From Vulcanimicrobiales bacterium (GTDB lineage: Bacteria > Vulcanimicrobiota > Vulcanimicrobiia > Vulcanimicrobiales > Vulcanimicrobiaceae), in NCBI GenBank assembly GCA_038231455.1, contig JBBRLI010000030.1:1-38447 (forward strand): DNA of 38,447 nt, written 5' to 3'. Position 1 is the stretch's first letter. Each line of letters starts with the position of its first letter. Shown piece after piece: positions 35,050 through 38,447 of this stretch. A model generated the notes under the pieces. The model saw only the letters and a program-made list of their open reading frames with translations, searched no databases and was not told the DNA's origin. A program made the position numbers and the translations under genes.

Positions 35050-35696
35050 TTTCCGCGGCATGAGGTCGCAATCGCGCAGTCTTCGCGGTGGGGCAGCGTG
35101 CGCCGACAGACGTTTTTGCCATGCGTGCGCAGCACGTTGTACGCGCGTCGTAGTGCCGCGGCGTCGTCTCCGTACGCGGCGCGCTGGACTTCGCGCGCGA
35201 GACGATACTGCTGCGGATAAGCGACGACCGGAATAAATTGGAGTCGCTCGAGGACGCGTAAAACGTTGGAGTCGCCGCTTGGCTCCGCGGCGATGCCGCA
35301 AAAGAGGACGATTTTATCGGCACTGGGATCGCCGATCGTCGGAAATTTTCCCAGCAGCGCGCGGCGCTTCGCGGGGTCGAGCGGGCGTAGCGCAGCGGCG
35401 AGGTCGCCGCCGGCAAGATCGAGTGCGAGCCGCGCCGTTTCGCACCAACGCTCGACGCGCGTTTCGGGATGCATCCCGCCCTCGCGCGCCACGGCCTGGA
35501 GCAGCGCGCGATCGGCAGAGAGTAAGGCCTCGGGGGTCGGACCGAGCGCGATGAGTCGCGCGAAGAGCGCTTCGCGTCGTTCGTCGTCCACGAGATAGCC
35601 CGCATTCTCGTAGAGGATGAATGCGTACGGGTCGGCAGGATACACCATCCACGGTGCGCCGATGTCGAGCCGGTTGACCGCATCGCGCAAGATCAT
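35046..35696 (-). CDS. Divergent HhH-GPD / endonuclease III-like DNA glycosylase
   Basis: PTPEALLSA, HhH-like LGKFPTIGDPSADKI, DSNVLRV and C-terminal HGKNVC...C...C. ATGA overlap with trmL. Confidence 0.75.
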   Translation of the reverse strand: MILRDAVNRLDIGAPWMVYPADPYAFILYENAGYLVDDERREALFARLIALGPTPEALLSADRALLQAVAREGGMHPETRVERWCETARLALDLAGGDLAAALRPLDPAKRRALLGKFPTIGDPSADKIVLFCGIAAEPSGDSNVLRVLERLQFIPVVAYPQQYRLAREVQRAAYGDDAAALRRAYNVLRTHGKNVCRRTLPHREDCAIATSCRGN

Positions 35697-36211
35697 AACA
35701 GGTTCGGAAACCCCAGCGACGCGAGCGCGTCGTAGACAACGACGCCAACCGACGTCGAAAGGTTGATACTGCGCACGCTCTGCGCACGCATCGGGATACG
35801 GAGTGCACGCGCGGAATGTTTCGCGATCAGCTCGGCCGGTAGTCCGGCCGTTTCTTTGCCGAACACGATCGCATCGCCGTGGCGGTACGGTGCTCCGTGA
35901 TACGAATTTGTCGCGGTTGTTTCGATGAACCAACAGCGCTCGGGGGCATACGCTTCCAGAAACGCGTCGAGCGAGGGGTGCACGACGACATCGATCTTGT
36001 GCCAATAGTCAAGACCGGCGCGCTTGAGTGCGCGGTCGTCGATCGAGAAGCCGAGCGGCTCGACTAAGTGCAGCGCGCAGCCGGTGGCCGCACATAACCG
36101 TGCGACGTTGCCCGTATTCGGCGGGATCAACGGCTCGACGAGGACGACGTGCAGTGGCACATCGCGGAGCGCCTCGACGCGCGCGAGCCGGTCAGCCGGT
36201 TGGGCGGTCAT
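35693..36211 (-). CDS. trmL: tRNA (cytidine/uridine(34)-2'-O)-methyltransferase
   Basis: EPLIPPNTGN, LHLVEPLGF, RAGLDYW, FGKETAGLP and RSINLS (SPOUT fold). Confidence 0.95.
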   Translation of the reverse strand: MTAQPADRLARVEALRDVPLHVVLVEPLIPPNTGNVARLCAATGCALHLVEPLGFSIDDRALKRAGLDYWHKIDVVVHPSLDAFLEAYAPERCWFIETTATNSYHGAPYRHGDAIVFGKETAGLPAELIAKHSARALRIPMRAQSVRSINLSTSVGVVVYDALASLGFPNLL

Positions 36212-37089
36212 GCGTTCGCGAGGGCGACAAGTTCGTTCGAGCGCTCGCGCGGCACGATCGCATACGCGACTCCACCTCCGCGCAGCCAGACTCGTTCGAG
36301 CGCCGCGCGCGGATAAATAACGCGCACGTTCGGATGTGCGGGATCGTTGAGGATCGGATCGCCGCGCTCGTCGAATCCGCGCAGAACGGCGAGATGGCCG
36401 TGCGATTGTGCGAGCGGCGCGCCGGGAAGTTCTTCACCGCTCCAACGGTAGGTGATCACGAGCGGCAGTCCCGCATCGATAAAGGTTCGCGCGTGATCGA
36501 AATCGCGCAAATAGACGACAGCCGATCGGAGTCCGAGCGCACCCGCGTGTGCGACGTTGAAGGTCCAGTTGCCGGTGCCTTCGTAGCCCGCATCGTAGAC
36601 CCGCGCCGCGACTTCTTCGAGCAGCTCTTCACGCACGCCATGATGGACGAGCACCATGTTGAGCGAGGTCGGCGAACACCAGCTTTGCTTCTCGGGTCGC
36701 GTTGCAAGATATTGCGAGCGCTGCGGTACGGAAAGTTCGATCGGTGCCCTCGAAGCGCCGGTGAGCGGATGACGGGCGTGCTCGGGCGTTGCAAGTACGA
36801 GCGCGTCCAGCGGAACATCGAAGCGCACCTCGACGGCGTTAAAATCAGACGTTGCCGACAGGACGTCCACGTCGATGCGAAGCCGATCGTCGATCGCACT
36901 GTACGAGCGTCGAACGCCGCCGCTCGAACTCACGTACGGGAGCCACGCCGAGATCGTGCCGTCGGTGAAATACGCGCGAACGTCGATCGCATAGTTCTCC
37001 TCGACGCCGTTCCACGAGACGACTGCCGCCCGCGTTGGCGGCGTGCGCAGCAAGGCCGGCGCCGTCACTGGCGAGACCAGCGTGATCAT
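36208..37089 (-). CDS. Peptidase C39-like family cysteine peptidase
   Basis: VPQRSQ, WCSPTS (catalytic Cys), GTGNWTFN, GHLAVLRGFD (His) and NDPA (Asp). Start ATG 37089. ATGA overlap with trmL. Confidence 0.85.
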   Translation of the reverse strand: MITLVSPVTAPALLRTPPTRAAVVSWNGVEENYAIDVRAYFTDGTISAWLPYVSSSGGVRRSYSAIDDRLRIDVDVLSATSDFNAVEVRFDVPLDALVLATPEHARHPLTGASRAPIELSVPQRSQYLATRPEKQSWCSPTSLNMVLVHHGVREELLEEVAARVYDAGYEGTGNWTFNVAHAGALGLRSAVVYLRDFDHARTFIDAGLPLVITYRWSGEELPGAPLAQSHGHLAVLRGFDERGDPILNDPAHPNVRVIYPRAALERVWLRGGGVAYAIVPRERSNELVALANA

Positions 37090-37102
37090 CGATTTCTTTG
37101 GT

Positions 37103-38446
37103 TCACATCGACCATTCGTACGAATTCCAACACAAGGTGGAAATGTACGACGCAAGACGCAGGCCTTTCAGGTCGCTATTGTAGCCGGTGTACGCGTTCT
37201 CCCAGTACAGGAACACCGCAGGGACGAGCGCGTGAATCCGTTCTTCTTCTTTTTGGTAGAGCGCTTTACGTTTTGCACGATCGAAAGTCAACGTCGCGGC
37301 ATGGGCTAGGCGCGTGATCTCGGGATCGGCGAGGAACGAGGTGTTCGTACCGTGCGGCGGGATAAAATTCGCGCTCCAGTTGCCTTCGTTGTCGGGCTCG
37401 GCACCGTTGGTCGCGATCGTCCACGACAGATCGAAAGCGCCGGAATACAGCGGGCCCTGCTGCGTGAAAAGAAAGCTCACCGGATAGTTTTTGATCGTGA
37501 GCTTGATGCCGACGGCTTTGATCAGCTGCTGCATCTGCACTTCGGCCTGGATATTCGGTTGCCGATTCGTGCCGGTCGAAATCGAGAACGCAAGCGGTAC
37601 GCCATCTTTCACGCGCACGCCGTCGGGGCCCGGCTTCCAGCCGGCCGCATCGAGCAGACGCCGGGAATCGGCGGGGTCGAAGCGGTAGCGCGGGATTTTC
37701 GGTGCGGCCCAGGATGTTGGCATGATGTCGCTCGATGCCAGTTCGTTGTAGCCGTGATAGATCGTATCGTTGATGTGCTTCCAGTCGACCGCCTCGGCAA
37801 TCGCAAGGCGCACGTGGACATCGCTGAGTCCGGGTTTGCGCGCGTTGAATTCGAGGTGACGCCAATTGGCGATCAGCCGTTTGCCCGATGCGACGCCGTC
37901 GATCTTCGCGAGTTCTTGGACCTGCGTCTCGTTGATGCCGTCGTACACATCGATTTCGTGCGTGCGTAACTGCGTGAGGAGCGTGTCGGCGTTCGGCACG
38001 ACTTTCCACGAGATCCGATCGAGCTTCGGTCTGCCGCGCCAGTATTTTTCGTTTGCGACAAATTCCAGCGACGAGCCGTGGCTCCACTCTTTGAGGATAA
38101 AGGGTCCGCTCGAAAGCGGCATCGCGTTGAACGGTGCTTTATTGAGATCGGCGAGTTTCCCGAGCAGATGCTCGGGGAGCGGCGCGTACGCAGCGCCGCC
38201 GCAGCCCGCGAACATGCCGTAGATCGCACCGGCGTTCGGCGCCGAGAGGTGGATGACAACGGTGTCGTTGTTCGGCAGATCCATCGATGAGACGTTTTGC
38301 CAGTAAATACGCAGTTTCGTGTTGTTCTTGGGGTTCATCACGGCGCGCCAAGTGAAGCGGATATCGCGTGCGTCGTACGGCGCGCCGTCGGCCCACTGCA
38401 TACCGTGTCGCAGGCGCAGGGTGATCGTCTTATTGTCTTTGCTGAT
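37103..38446 (-). CDS. Peptide ABC transporter substrate-binding protein (family 5), 5' end outside the window
   Basis: The frame stays open to the window edge (ISKDNKTITLRLRHGMQWADG). DIRFTW, SSGPF, ANEKYWRGRPKLD, VRLAIAEAVD and LLDAAGW. Confidence 0.93.
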   Translation of the reverse strand: MSKDNKTITLRLRHGMQWADGAPYDARDIRFTWRAVMNPKNNTKLRIYWQNVSSMDLPNNDTVVIHLSAPNAGAIYGMFAGCGGAAYAPLPEHLLGKLADLNKAPFNAMPLSSGPFILKEWSHGSSLEFVANEKYWRGRPKLDRISWKVVPNADTLLTQLRTHEIDVYDGINETQVQELAKIDGVASGKRLIANWRHLEFNARKPGLSDVHVRLAIAEAVDWKHINDTIYHGYNELASSDIMPTSWAAPKIPRYRFDPADSRRLLDAAGWKPGPDGVRVKDGVPLAFSISTGTNRQPNIQAEVQMQQLIKAVGIKLTIKNYPVSFLFTQQGPLYSGAFDLSWTIATNGAEPDNEGNWSANFIPPHGTNTSFLADPEITRLAHAATLTFDRAKRKALYQKEEERIHALVPAVFLYWENAYTGYNSDLKGLRLASYISTLCWNSYEWSM

Positions 38447-38447
38447 C

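Noticed and set aside
36028..37317. 429-aa plus-strand ORF, and similar long antisense ORFs such as 6703-7830, 25075-26262 and 33574-34575
   Set aside because: They lie opposite recognisable genes, are Arg-rich and have no domain signatures.
1..38447. CRISPR array, IS/transposase, integrase, tRNA/rRNA or defence system
   Set aside because: I saw no regularly spaced repeats, terminal inverted repeats or matching protein motifs, and the intergenic spaces are short (about 130 bp at most).

Overview
A gene-dense, GC-rich (roughly 60-65% by eye) bacterial chromosome segment made up mostly of core and envelope genes. I found no CRISPR array, rRNA/tRNA gene, transposase or prophage. From left to right: (1) the 5' part of rpmA (L27), carrying a Prp-type cleavable N-terminal extension, with its own promoter and divergent from a class A beta-lactamase. 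(2) A secreted hypothetical protein, a cytochrome P450 and an Asn/Gly/Tyr-rich secreted protein. (3) fabF-rnc-smc-purH-EamA-glyoxalase. (4) A lipoprotein behind a sigma70 promoter overlapped by a perfect 12-bp inverted repeat. (5) A NitT/TauT-type ABC importer plus a PaiB-family gene, divergent from a TauD-family dioxygenase. (6) Three minor-pilin-like genes. (7) A long operon: hisS-accB-gmhA-heptose kinase-heptose adenylyltransferase-LpxB-like-GT2/GT9 glycosyltransferases-csaA-aspS. (8) A family-5 uracil-DNA glycosylase and an MFS transporter. (9) A minus-strand operon of peptide-binding protein, C39-like peptidase, trmL and a divergent HhH-GPD glycosylase. Firmicutes-like traits combined with LPS genes and high GC suggest a diderm Terrabacteria lineage such as Eremiobacterota/Vulcanimicrobiota (inference only). 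I cannot demonstrate a single clearly novel system. The best leads are the orphan extended L27, the ABC-PaiB-TauD module, the operator-like palindrome, the divergent HhH-GPD protein and the minor-pilin trio.
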